Below are positions 1-9,363 of a stretch of DNA of 39,118 bases, one piece after another; the stretch's first letter is position 1; the number at the start of each line of letters is the position of its first letter. The position numbers and the translations under genes are program-made. Source of the DNA: Chloroflexota bacterium. Lineage in GTDB: Bacteria; Chloroflexota; Limnocylindria; P2-11E. The DNA lies in contig VBGS01000165.1 of the NCBI GenBank assembly GCA_005889445.1, positions 1-39,118 on the forward strand, in the 5' to 3' direction. Below the pieces are notes generated by a model that was given only the letters and a program-made list of their open reading frames with translations, ran no database searches and had not been told where the DNA came from.

Positions 1-1581
1 GACCTCTCGCGGCGCGTGGAGCGCGACGCCGAGGATCTCGACGCGGTGACCGGCGCGCTCGCGGCCCTTGATCTGGTTCTCGCGAAGGCCCATCTGAGCG
101 AAGCGCTCGAGGCCTCACGCCCGGCACTCAACGATGAGGGGATCGTCGACCTTATCGACGCGCGGCATCCGCTTCTCGTCGACCAGGGGAAGGTCGTCGG
201 CATCGACGTGCAGCTCGGCGGCGAGTTCCGCGTCCTCGTCGTGACCGGCCCGAACACCGGCGGCAAGACCGTCACGCTGAAGACGATCGGCCTTTTGACG
301 CTCATGGGGATGTCCGGGCTGCAGGTCCCCGCGCAGCCGGGAAGTCGAACGCCGGTGCTCCCGCGCGTCTTCGCGGACATCGGGGACGAGCAGTCGATCG
401 CCCAATCGCTGTCGACGTTCTCGTCGCACCTGCGCAACGTCGTCGCCACCCTCGCCGACGCCGAGCCAGGAGACCTGGCGCTGCTCGACGAGATCGGCGC
501 CGGGACCGACCCCGATGAGGGCGCGGCGCTCGCGATGGCGGTACTCGAGACCCTCCTGGCGCGCGGGGTCCTGGTCGCGGCGACGACGCATTACCCGGAG
601 CTCAAGGCGTTCGCGCTCAACACGACGGGAGTGCGCAACGCGAGCATGGAGTTCGACGGCGCGACCCTGCGCCCCACGTACCGTCTCCGGCTGGGCCTTC
701 CCGGCGCGTCGAACGCCTTTGCGATCGCGGAGCGTCTCGGTCTGAACCGCGATGTCTTGCGACGTGCGGACACCCATCTCTCCGAGCTGCACCGTTCCCT
801 CGAGCGCACCCTCCGTGAGGCGGAACGCCAGCGCACGGAGCTTTCTGCCGCGCTCGAGGAAGCGCGGGTCGCCGTCGCCGACGCGGCTCGCGCGACGACC
901 GAGGCGGAGCACGATGCCGCTCGCGCGCGTGACGAAGCACAGCGGGCACTGCGGCGAGCGCGGGCCGAGGCCGACGAGCTCATCCTTCAGGCGCGGCGGG
1001 CGCTTCGCCAAGCGGAGGAGGCGAGCGATCGCGCCGCGAAGCGCAGCCTCGTCGACGAAGCGCGGGCCGCCCTTGCCGAGGCCGAGTCGGCGCGCGCTGC
1101 CGCGGTCGTGCCCGTCGGAGACGCACCGAAAGCGAGCGCGCCGATCGCGATCGGGGCGCCGGTCCTCATCGAGGGCGTCGCGGAGCCTGGAACGCTGCTT
1201 TCGATCGACGAGCGCGGTCTCGCGGACGTCGCGGCCGGCTCGCTTCGTCTCCGCGTGCCCGCGACGCAGCTGCGTGAGGCGCCGCGGGCCGAGCCGGCGA
1301 TCCGCTCGGACCGCCCCGTCGTCCAGGGATCCGCGTCGAGCGTGCCGCTCCAGCTGGATATCCGGGGCGCGCGTGCCGAGGAGGCGCTCGCCGTGCTGGA
1401 CCGCTATCTCAACGATGCGGCCGTCGCCGGGGTCGGTCGACTGCGCATCGTCCACGGAAAGGGGACCGGCGCGCTCCGCACGGCGGTCCGCGCCGCGCTA
1501 TCCGAGCATCCTCTCGTGCGCGCGCACGAGCCGGCCGGGCCCTCCGAGGGTGGCGACGGCGCGACGATCGTGCACCTGTAG
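1..1581 (+). CDS. mutS2: Endonuclease MutS2, C-terminal part (5' end outside window)
   Basis: The frame is open from base 1. It has Walker A GPNTGGKT, DEIGAGTDP, a long Ala/Arg/Glu coiled-coil, and a C-terminal Smr domain (LDIRGARAEEA...LRIVHGKGTGALR). Confidence 0.9.
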   Translation, partial: DLSRRVERDAEDLDAVTGALAALDLVLAKAHLSEALEASRPALNDEGIVDLIDARHPLLVDQGKVVGIDVQLGGEFRVLVVTGPNTGGKTVTLKTIGLLTLMGMSGLQVPAQPGSRTPVLPRVFADIGDEQSIAQSLSTFSSHLRNVVATLADAEPGDLALLDEIGAGTDPDEGAALAMAVLETLLARGVLVAATTHYPELKAFALNTTGVRNASMEFDGATLRPTYRLRLGLPGASNAFAIAERLGLNRDVLRRADTHLSELHRSLERTLREAERQRTELSAALEEARVAVADAARATTEAEHDAARARDEAQRALRRARAEADELILQARRALRQAEEASDRAAKRSLVDEARAALAEAESARAAAVVPVGDAPKASAPIAIGAPVLIEGVAEPGTLLSIDERGLADVAAGSLRLRVPATQLREAPRAEPAIRSDRPVVQGSASSVPLQLDIRGARAEEALAVLDRYLNDAAVAGVGRLRIVHGKGTGALRTAVRAALSEHPLVRAHEPAGPSEGGDGATIVHL

Positions 1582-1593
1582 GCGCCGGTAGGG

Positions 1594-1953
1594 CTAGAAC
1601 AGTCTGCGCATCTCGATGCCCGCCCGCGCGAGATCGCCGAACAGCTTCGCGCGGTCGCGCATGATGGCGCCGAGATCGGCGAGCTGAACGGCCATGACGG
1701 GATGCGCGTCGAGCTCACTCGGGATGACCCAGCGCAGCTCGCTCCCTGTTTCCGGGCGCGGGTCGCCCGCGACCTCGCCGCCACGGAACATGAAGACGAC
1801 GAGGTCATAGCGGCCGGGCGGCACGCTGCGCACCTGATAGAGGGCGATCGCATGCAAATCGTCGACGTCGTACCCGGTCTCCTCGCGGAGCTCACGGCGG
1901 GTGCCGTCTCTCGTCGAAGCAGGCGACGATCCCCGCGACGCGAAGGCCGCCGC
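1594..1953 (-). pseudogene. NUDIX hydrolase remnant (N-terminal part disrupted)
   Basis: The ORF from TTG 1857 encodes the C-terminal half of a NUDIX fold. The NUDIX box RRELREETGY (1870-1899) lies upstream in the same frame. That frame runs back to the PBP stop (1954-1956) with no ATG/GTG/TTG. A strand-like LRVAGIVACFDE is in another frame (1910-1945). Confidence 0.55.
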
Positions 1954-4434
1954 TCAGGGCCTTCCGCGAGTCGGCGTGGGGAACGGGGTCGGCGATCGCC
2001 CGGGTGGCAGCGTCGGCGGCCCGCCCCGCTGGGTCGGTGACGGGCTGGGCGTCGGCGACGGACTCGGGCACGGATCCGGCGGCACGAGGTTCCACGAGTA
2101 CCGGCCATACGTGCGCAGGCCCGCGATGGCGTCGCGGACCCACTGGTCGGTGTAGCGCTGCCAGGTGGTGGGCGCCCGAACATCCTGGATCTTCATCGCG
2201 ACGTTGGTCGTGCCCGTCGCCGTGGGGCAGCCCTGCACGAACCAGTCGTCGACCTTCACGGGCTGCGTCCCCTTGACGAAGATCTCCCCGGTCGCGAACG
2301 GCGCGAGGCCGGAGGGAAGGAGTCCCGATCCGTAGCCGCCGAAGTCGCCGGGAGCGACGACGACTTTCGCCGTCACCACGTTCGATGGCCGTTGCCAATC
2401 CGTCGATGGGAATCCCGAGAAGATCTCGCGCATGTAATCGCGCCAGAGCTGCCCGGGGCCGATCGCGCTCGAGAAGTCACGGGAGCTCATCAGCTCGCCG
2501 TTGCTGTTGCCCATCCACACCCCGGTAACGAGCGTGGGCGTGAATCCGACGGCGTAGACGTCTTTCAGGTTGTCGGTCGTTCCGGTCTTGAGGCCCGCGG
2601 GCCGGCCGATGTTCGTGAAGCTGGTGAAGATGGGGGAGTGCGTGGTCGTGTCTTTCAGCATGTCGACCATGACGTAGGCCGTCCCGGCGTCGACGACCCG
2701 CGTCTGTTCGTAATCCTTGTGCTCCCAGACGATGTTCCCCTTGGAATCCTCGACCTTCATGATGTAGGTCGGCGCGACGTGCACGCCGAGGTTCGCGACG
2801 GTGCCGTACGAATTCGCCATGTCGACGAGCTTTACTTCCTTCGAGCCGAGAGTGAGCGACAGGCCGACCGTCGTTGGATCGATGGGCGTGGTGATTCCGA
2901 GGTCGTGCGCGGTCTGGATCGTGTCCTCGACCCCCGAGTACTCGGCGAGGAACCGCACGGCCGGCACGTTCCGCGATTCGCGGATCGCCTGTCTCATCGT
3001 GATCGGACCGTGGTATTGCAGGTCGGCGTTCTCGGGGCAGTAGCCGCACGCCGAGGGGCTGAGCCCGGTCGGGCTGGCCTTCCCGCCGAAGTCGGTCCGC
3101 GCGTCGATCACCACGGTCGCTGCGGTCGCGCCCTTCTTCAGCGCGGTGAGGTAGTTGAACAGCTTGAAGGCCGACCCGGGCTGCCGCACGCCGATCCCGG
3201 CGACGTCGAACTGACCCTGCACCCTCGGATCGTCGCGGTTGTAGTAGTCGACCGAGCCGACGTACGCGAGGATCTCCCCGGTCCGCGTGTCCATCGAGAC
3301 CAGCGCGGCGTTCCAGACGTTGCTCCGGTGAAGACGCTCCACGGCATCTTTCACCTGCTGCTCGGCGGTCTGCTGGAGCCGCATGTCGAGCGAGGTGGTG
3401 ACCTTGTAGCCGCCGCGAGTCACCGCCGACTCGTCGCCACCGAGGATCGCGGCCAGCTGGTTGCGGACCTGGAAGACGAAGTGCGGCGCGGTGATCGAGG
3501 TGCTCTGCTTCCCGGCGACCGTGATCGGCTCGTCTGCCGCGACGTCGGCCTCTGCGCGCGATATCGCGCCGTTGTCGACCATCTGGTCCAGCACGTAGGC
3601 GCGACGTTCCTTCGCCCGGTCGGCGTTCTCGGCCTTGGTCGGATCGAGCAGGGACGGGGCCTGCGGGAGGCCGGCCAGGAGCGCGGACTCGGCAAGGGTG
3701 AGCTTGGTCAGGTCGGACTTGCCGAAGTACGTCTCCGCCGCGGCCTTGACCCCGTACGCCTGGTTCCCGTAATAGATCTGGTTGAAGTAGAGCTCGAGGA
3801 TCTGTTGCTTCGAATAGGTGCGCGTGACCTCGACCGCGAGGATGGCTTCGCGGATCTTGCGCTGCAGGCTCACCTCGGCTCCGACGATCCGCTGCTTGAC
3901 CAGCTGCTGCGTGATCGTGGACGCGCCGCCCTGTCCGCTTCCGCTGTGGGTGAGGTCGGCGAAGATCGCGCGCCCGATCCCGACGATGTCCACCCCCGGG
4001 TTGGTCCAGAAGCTCTTGTCCTCGGCCGCCACGGTGGCGTCGACGAGCACCTGGGGGATCTCGCCGTAGGTCACGACCTCACGGCGCTCCTCCTCGAACT
4101 GGTAGAGGAGGTGCTCGCCGGTGCGGTCGTAGACGCGGGTCGACTGCGCGAGGGCATCCCTGGCAAGGTCCTGCGGGGACGGCAGATCGGCGGTGAAGTA
4201 GGCGAACGCCGCGACGCTGCCCAAAAGGGCGAGGCCCGCGAACGAGAAGAGCACCCCGAGGAGGGTCGACGGCAGCATGAGGCGCCACCCACCGACCGGA
4301 CCGCCGCCCCGGTCCCGCCTGTTGCGATAGGCGCCGCGCCGGAGCGCGTGTTCATGCGTGATTTTCGATCGCGCGATACGTCCATGGTAACCGTGAGCGA
4401 ACGTATCCTTTGACGGTGCCGACACGTCCTGCAC
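1954..4434 (-). CDS. Class A penicillin-binding protein (bifunctional transglycosylase/transpeptidase, PBP1A-like)
   Basis: GT51 motifs are EDKSFWTNPGVD, GASTITQQ, RKIREA and KQQILELYFN. Transpeptidase motifs are SAFK (PGSAFK), SRN and KTGT. It has an N-terminal TM helix and a Pro/Ser/Thr-rich C-terminal tail. The start is uncertain (GTG 4434, GTG 4425 or ATG 4278), and the longest form overlaps the tyrS 5' end. Confidence 0.9.
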   Translation of the reverse strand: MQDVSAPSKDTFAHGYHGRIARSKITHEHALRRGAYRNRRDRGGGPVGGWRLMLPSTLLGVLFSFAGLALLGSVAAFAYFTADLPSPQDLARDALAQSTRVYDRTGEHLLYQFEEERREVVTYGEIPQVLVDATVAAEDKSFWTNPGVDIVGIGRAIFADLTHSGSGQGGASTITQQLVKQRIVGAEVSLQRKIREAILAVEVTRTYSKQQILELYFNQIYYGNQAYGVKAAAETYFGKSDLTKLTLAESALLAGLPQAPSLLDPTKAENADRAKERRAYVLDQMVDNGAISRAEADVAADEPITVAGKQSTSITAPHFVFQVRNQLAAILGGDESAVTRGGYKVTTSLDMRLQQTAEQQVKDAVERLHRSNVWNAALVSMDTRTGEILAYVGSVDYYNRDDPRVQGQFDVAGIGVRQPGSAFKLFNYLTALKKGATAATVVIDARTDFGGKASPTGLSPSACGYCPENADLQYHGPITMRQAIRESRNVPAVRFLAEYSGVEDTIQTAHDLGITTPIDPTTVGLSLTLGSKEVKLVDMANSYGTVANLGVHVAPTYIMKVEDSKGNIVWEHKDYEQTRVVDAGTAYVMVDMLKDTTTHSPIFTSFTNIGRPAGLKTGTTDNLKDVYAVGFTPTLVTGVWMGNSNGELMSSRDFSSAIGPGQLWRDYMREIFSGFPSTDWQRPSNVVTAKVVVAPGDFGGYGSGLLPSGLAPFATGEIFVKGTQPVKVDDWFVQGCPTATGTTNVAMKIQDVRAPTTWQRYTDQWVRDAIAGLRTYGRYSWNLVPPDPCPSPSPTPSPSPTQRGGPPTLPPGRSPTPFPTPTRGRP

Positions 4435-5633
4435 AACGTGAGCTGGACGAATTCCTCACGCGTGCCGTCTCGAACGTCAGCGTGCTCGGGGATCTGCGCG
4501 CGCTGCTCGCATCGGGCGAGCGTCAGTTGCGTATCAAGCAGGGATTCGACCCGACGTCAGCCAACCTGCATCTCGGCCACGCGATCTCGTTACGCAAGCT
4601 TCGCAAGCTCTCGCAGTGGGGCCACGAGGTCGTGCTCATCGTTGGCGACTGGACCACGCAGATCGGCGATCCGACCGACAAAGACCTCTCGCGACCGCTG
4701 AGGTCCCGCGACGAGGTCATGCAGAACGCGCAGACCTACCTTGACCAGTTCCACCTGATCGTGCCGAGGGAGAACACGCGCGTCGTATTGCAGGACGAGT
4801 GGTACGGCACGTTCGGACTACGCGACGTCATCCAGCTCACCGCGCGCTTCACCGCGCAGCAGATCCTCGCGCGCGAGGAGTTTCGCAAGCGGCTCGAGAA
4901 GAAGACCGCGATCCCGATCAAGGACCTCATCTACCCGCTCCTGCAGGCATACGACTCGGTCGCGATCGAAGCCGACGTCGAGTTTGGAGGGACGGACCAG
5001 CTCTTCAACATCCTCACCGGCCGCGAGCTGCAGCAGCAGGTCGGCCAGCCTCCGCAGTCCGTGTTCATCGTCGAGCTGCTCGAGGGGCTCGATGGCGAGA
5101 AGATGAGCAAGTCAAAGCCCGCGCAGAGCATCTGGCTCGTCGATCCGCCACACGAGGTCTACGGCAAGGTCATGGCGATCGAGGACAAGCTCATGTCGCA
5201 CTACTTCGAGTGGGCGACGGAGCTCCCGATGAGCGAGGTGCAGGCGACCCTGCGAGCGATCGCATCTCGGGAGCTCCACCCGCGTGACGCGAAGCGCAAG
5301 CTGGCGCGGACGATCACCGCCGAGCTGCACTCGGCCGCCGCCGCGGAAGAGGCGGAGCGCGACTTCGACCGCATCCACAAGGAGAAGGCCGCGCCGTCGG
5401 AGGTCGAGGACGTGCGCGAGGTCCGCGTCGACGGCGCGAAGGAGATCCCGATCGTCGATCTGCTGGTCATGGCCAAGCTCCGACCGAGCAGGAGCACCGC
5501 GCGCCAGCTCGTGGAGGGCCGGGGCGTGAAAGTGGACGGCTCGACGGCGAGCCTCGACACGAGTGTCCCGGTCAAAGGCGAGCCGGTCGTCCAGTACGGC
5601 AAGCGCAACTACGCGCGCATCCGTTTCCGGTGA
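4410..5633 (+). CDS. tyrS: Tyrosine--tRNA ligase
   Basis: It has the HIGH-type motif HLGH, KMSKS, the AYDS...GGTDQ core and a C-terminal S4-like domain. The start is TTG 4410 or GTG 4416. Confidence 0.93.
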   Translation: MTVPTRPAQRELDEFLTRAVSNVSVLGDLRALLASGERQLRIKQGFDPTSANLHLGHAISLRKLRKLSQWGHEVVLIVGDWTTQIGDPTDKDLSRPLRSRDEVMQNAQTYLDQFHLIVPRENTRVVLQDEWYGTFGLRDVIQLTARFTAQQILAREEFRKRLEKKTAIPIKDLIYPLLQAYDSVAIEADVEFGGTDQLFNILTGRELQQQVGQPPQSVFIVELLEGLDGEKMSKSKPAQSIWLVDPPHEVYGKVMAIEDKLMSHYFEWATELPMSEVQATLRAIASRELHPRDAKRKLARTITAELHSAAAAEEAERDFDRIHKEKAAPSEVEDVREVRVDGAKEIPIVDLLVMAKLRPSRSTARQLVEGRGVKVDGSTASLDTSVPVKGEPVVQYGKRNYARIRFR

Positions 5634-7282
5634 CGACCGCGAGGCCGGTCGTGGCGGTGGTCCCGTTCGGGGCACGGGGGCGCGATGCTCGCGCGGGCGC
5701 GATCGGCCGTCAGCTCGCACGCCGGCTCGTCGATCGCTTCGCTGGGAGCGACGCGCTCGACCTCCGTCCGGTATTCCTCGTCGCGATCGGGGAGACGAAG
5801 GCGGACGCCGGCTTCCTCGTCTTCGGGTCCACGCCTGACGCGACGCTTGCCGCGAGCTACGGCCGCTCGCTTGGCACGACGCACGCGCTCACCGGCCTGT
5901 ACGTGGACGACGGCGAAACACGGTCGCTCTCCTTGACCCTCGTGGACGTCGGCAAAGGCGCCGCCACGGTGGAGCACGTCGTCTCGATCGCGCCCGGTGC
6001 GCTCCAAGACGCGGAGCGCCGCGTCGCGGAGTGGCTCGGCGACGCCCTCGACGTGCCGGTGCCGAGCGTGGATCCTCCGGCGGCGAACGAGCTCGCGTAC
6101 ATCGCTCTGCTCGAGGGCCTCGACGAGGAGGTCAACGCGACGCTCCTCCGGGCCGGCGACCCGAGCGGAGAGCTGGCCGCGCGATCGCGCGCGTTCGACG
6201 CGTTCGGCGCGAGCCTGCGGGCAGATCCAGACGCAACGCTTGCCGAGGACCAGCTCCTGGTCCTCGCGGCGGAGTCGGTCGAGCGAAACGACGAGGCGCG
6301 CGCGGTCCGAGCGCTCGAGGACGCGACCCTGGCCCGCCCGCGATCCTGGCGCGCGCACTACCTGCTCGGCCAGCTGCGCGTGGCCATCGGCGAAGGGAGT
6401 GCGGCAGTCGTCGCGCTCGAGCACGCCAACGCGCTGCGGCCGCTGCGCGACGCGGATCTTGTCTCGCTCGCGGAGCTCTACCTGGCCGCGGACGCTCCGG
6501 GACAGGCGACCTCGCACCTGCGGCGCGTCGACCCCTCCACCGTCGCGTACGTTCGCGCCCAAGAGCTGCTCGGGCTGCTCGCGCTCGGAAAGGGCGATGC
6601 CGCGGTGGCCCGGACGCATCTGGAGCGCGCCGCCGAGCGCGGATCCGCATCGGCCCGCGTCAGCCTCGCGCGCGTCTCCATCACGCAGGGAGACCTCGCT
6701 GAGGCCAGGCGCGAGATCGATACGGTCCTCGGGCTCGGCGCATCCGCCGACGTCGTGGCGCAAGCGCGACGCCTTCGGCTCGGCCTCGAACGACCCGACC
6801 TCGAGGTCGATCTCGAGCGCGCCGGTCGCGCGGCGCTCACGGTCGATGGCTCAGCACTCGACGAGGCGCGCGCGGCGTTCGAGCGCGTCATCGCGTTCGA
6901 CGGTGCGATCTGGGAAGCGCACTTCGGTCTTGGCCTGGTCGCGCGCAAGCGCGAGGATCACGCGGCGGCTGCGTCGGCGTTTCGTCGGGTCCTCGAGCTC
7001 GCGCCTGAGCAGCCGGATGCGCTCCACGAGCTTGGCGTCGCGGTCCTGGCGTCGGGTGAGGAGGACGAGGCGGTCAGTCTGCTCGAGCGGGCGGCGGCGC
7101 TTCGACCCGGCGATGCCGCGTATCTGGCCGACGCCGGGTTTGCGCATCTGCGCTCGGGCGATCTCGCGACGGCCCGCGAGCGGCTGCGTCTTGCGACGTC
7201 GATCGACTCCGAGGATGCCCTGACGCGCACCTATCTCGAGGAGCTCGAGCGGGCCGAGGCCGCGAGCGCGAAGCGCAACTGA
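5630..7282 (+). CDS. TPR-repeat protein with TolB-N-like N-terminal domain
   Basis: The N-terminus (VVAVVPFGARG...LTGLYVDDGETRSLSLTLVDV) resembles the TolB-N-like module found in front of TPR arrays. The rest is Ala/Leu-rich TPR-like repeats. The GTG start overlaps the tyrS stop (GTGA). Confidence 0.7.
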   Translation: MTTARPVVAVVPFGARGRDARAGAIGRQLARRLVDRFAGSDALDLRPVFLVAIGETKADAGFLVFGSTPDATLAASYGRSLGTTHALTGLYVDDGETRSLSLTLVDVGKGAATVEHVVSIAPGALQDAERRVAEWLGDALDVPVPSVDPPAANELAYIALLEGLDEEVNATLLRAGDPSGELAARSRAFDAFGASLRADPDATLAEDQLLVLAAESVERNDEARAVRALEDATLARPRSWRAHYLLGQLRVAIGEGSAAVVALEHANALRPLRDADLVSLAELYLAADAPGQATSHLRRVDPSTVAYVRAQELLGLLALGKGDAAVARTHLERAAERGSASARVSLARVSITQGDLAEARREIDTVLGLGASADVVAQARRLRLGLERPDLEVDLERAGRAALTVDGSALDEARAAFERVIAFDGAIWEAHFGLGLVARKREDHAAAASAFRRVLELAPEQPDALHELGVAVLASGEEDEAVSLLERAAALRPGDAAYLADAGFAHLRSGDLATARERLRLATSIDSEDALTRTYLEELERAEAASAKRN

Positions 7283-7323
7283 TCGTGGCGGCTATGACGA
7301 CCTCGTACCAGAGTCATGCGGAG

Positions 7324-8022
7324 TCAGAACGCTAGGCGACGACCCAGCGCGAGCGCCGCGACGACGACAGCGATCAAGATGGCTGACAGCGGCGTGAGCC
7401 TGATGACGCCCAGCTCGTCAGCAGGCGCGGGAGTCGTTCCGGTAGACGTTGACGGAAGTTGCGACGCTGCGGCAGACGGAGGCTGTGGCGTGCCAGTGAC
7501 AGTCCGTGGCGCGCCGGCAGATGAAACGATCTCCGCGTTGCCCTGCGCGTTCAATTCATATTTGAAGCACTGGTTGCCCGTGGTTTGCGCGCTCGACAGG
7601 CTCGTGCCCGCGCGTACCGGGAGGGTCCATTCGACGTTCGTTCGGATGGTGATGGTGCCCGATGCGATTGCCGAGGGCGGCGTGTAGGCGACGACCGCAC
7701 CGCACAGGCTGTCGCCGAAAGTGCTCGCGGTCAACGAGGTGAAGGCACCCGATGCATCCAGTTGGCCGGTGAGGCAGAGTGCGGCGCCGACCGCGATCGG
7801 CGGGGGCGGGTTGGGAAGCGATCCGGCACGGGCGACGAATGTCCTCGTCCCGATCGTGATCGAACCCTCACTCGTGGAGCTTGGTGCCGCAAAGGCGGTC
7901 ACGCGTCCGCACGGATAGCCAACTTGCGCCTGCAACTGCTGAGCGATTGCCTGGGTTCCACTGAGGAGTAAGGCGACAACTGCGACGGCCAGTACCACGG
8001 TGGTTCTAAATGTGGCAATCAC
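7324..8022 (-). CDS. Secreted/anchored hypothetical protein with duplicated two-Cys domain
   Basis: It has a signal peptide (VVLAVAVVALLLSGTQAIA/QQ) and two related ~65-aa repeats, each with two Cys (C38/C83, C107/C152). These are followed by a PST-rich linker, a C-terminal TM helix and an RRLAF tail. Its codon usage is more AT-rich than that of its neighbours. Confidence 0.65.
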   Translation of the reverse strand: MIATFRTTVVLAVAVVALLLSGTQAIAQQLQAQVGYPCGRVTAFAAPSSTSEGSITIGTRTFVARAGSLPNPPPPIAVGAALCLTGQLDASGAFTSLTASTFGDSLCGAVVAYTPPSAIASGTITIRTNVEWTLPVRAGTSLSSAQTTGNQCFKYELNAQGNAEIVSSAGAPRTVTGTPQPPSAAASQLPSTSTGTTPAPADELGVIRLTPLSAILIAVVVAALALGRRLAF

Positions 8023-8044
8023 GCGTACCTGGCCCGCAGGATCG

Positions 8045-9337
8045 ATGCCGGACCTGCAGAGAGCACTTGGCTACCATCCCCAAGTGTCTGACCCAAAGCG
8101 GGTCGTCATCGTCGGCGGTGGATTCGGTGGGCTGCACCTGATCCGCCGGCTCGAGCGCCTGCTCGAACCGGGCGAAGCGGAGATCACACTGGTCGACCGG
8201 CAGAACTACCACCTCTTCACCCCGCTCCTCTATCAAGTCGCCACCGGCGAGCTGCCGCCGCATGCGGTCGCGTACCCACTCCGCGACGCGACCGCCCCGG
8301 TCGGATTCCAGTTCGTGCAGAGCGAGGTGAGCGCGATCGACCTGGTAAGCCACGTGGTCGTGACCGCGGACGGTCGGATCCCGTTCGACCACGTCGTCAT
8401 CGCCGTGGGCTCGATCACGAACGATTACGGGATCCCCGGCGTGCAGGAGAACGCGTTTCCGGTGAAGTGGCTCTCGGACGGCGAGCGGCTCCGCCGCCAC
8501 GTCCTCGACACGTTCGAGAGCGCCGCGATAGAGAGCGATCCCGCGCGGCGGCGCGAGCTCCTCACCTTCGTCATCGTCGGGGCGGGTCCCGTCGGCGTCG
8601 AGCTCGCCAGCTCGCTGCGCGACCTCATGGATCACACCCTGCGCAGGATCTATCCCACGATCGACTTCGCGCACGAGGTGACCATCCACCTGCTCGACGG
8701 CGCGGATCGGGTGCTGCCGCAGATGGACGGCCGCCTCAGCCGGATCGCGATGAAGCGCCTCGCGCAGCAGCGGATCAACGTGCTGTTGAAGACGCTCGTC
8801 TCGGAGATCGGGCCCGATCGGGTCCGCACCAAGGACGGCGTCGAGCTCCGCGGCCGGACGATCGTCTGGTCGGGCGGCGTCAAAGTGAATCCTCTGGTGA
8901 CGACGCTCGACCTGGAGAAGGCCAGGGACGGGCGCATCCTCGTCGACGAGTGCTTCCGCGCGTCGGGCCGCGACGACGTGCTGGTCGTCGGAGACGCGGC
9001 CTTCTTCGCCTTTCGGGACCAGCCGTTGCCGCAGCTCGCGCAGGTCGCCGTGCTGGAGGCGCCCGCCGCGGCGCGGAACCTCGCCGCGCTGGTGCGCGGC
9101 CAGCCGCCCACGGCCTTTGTCTACAAGCGAAAGGGCGACCTGATCGCGCTCGGGCGACGTCAGGCAGGCGCGGAGTTCGCGAGCCTTGGCGGCCTCGTGG
9201 TGAGCGGGCTGGCGGCCTGGACGGTCTGGCGAGTGAACTACCTGATGCAGCTCCTGGGAGCGCGCAACCGCGGGACCTTGCTTGTCGAGTGGATCCTCTC
9301 GTACTTTGCCGGGCGACTGGTGGCCAACACGCCGTGA
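8045..9337 (+). CDS. ndh: Type II NADH:quinone oxidoreductase (NDH-2)
   Basis: It has two dinucleotide-binding motifs (VVIVGGGFGGL and FVIVGAGPVGVELA) and a GD motif (VVGDAA). ATG 8045 is preferred over GTG 8000. Confidence 0.85.
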   Translation: MPDLQRALGYHPQVSDPKRVVIVGGGFGGLHLIRRLERLLEPGEAEITLVDRQNYHLFTPLLYQVATGELPPHAVAYPLRDATAPVGFQFVQSEVSAIDLVSHVVVTADGRIPFDHVVIAVGSITNDYGIPGVQENAFPVKWLSDGERLRRHVLDTFESAAIESDPARRRELLTFVIVGAGPVGVELASSLRDLMDHTLRRIYPTIDFAHEVTIHLLDGADRVLPQMDGRLSRIAMKRLAQQRINVLLKTLVSEIGPDRVRTKDGVELRGRTIVWSGGVKVNPLVTTLDLEKARDGRILVDECFRASGRDDVLVVGDAAFFAFRDQPLPQLAQVAVLEAPAAARNLAALVRGQPPTAFVYKRKGDLIALGRRQAGAEFASLGGLVVSGLAAWTVWRVNYLMQLLGARNRGTLLVEWILSYFAGRLVANTP

Positions 9338-9363
9338 GGACCCTGTCCCTGCGTCGTCCTTCG

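Noticed and set aside
115-1455. Long antisense or alternative-frame ORFs throughout the window. Examples are 115..1455(-), 2392..4413(+), 5609..6763(-), 8006..9409(-), 16941..18116(-), 19219..20532(-), 20921..22000(-), 25464..26717(-), 28180..29304(-), 31482..32474(-) and 33075..33986(-).
   Set aside because: They are Arg/Ala/Pro/Gly-rich with no recognisable motifs. Each lies opposite to, or out of frame with, a gene that has clear family signatures. Such shadow ORFs are expected in GC-rich DNA.
4279-4409. A possible T-box leader upstream of tyrS, and an FMN riboswitch upstream of ribF (22600-22720).
   Set aside because: There is essentially no non-coding space. The tyrS 5' region overlaps the divergent PBP ORF and is too short for a T-box. 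ribF abuts the preceding gene.
7444-7458. LPSTS in the surface protein, considered as a sortase LPXTG signal.
   Set aside because: It lacks the Gly and lies about 17 residues upstream of the hydrophobic helix rather than directly before it.
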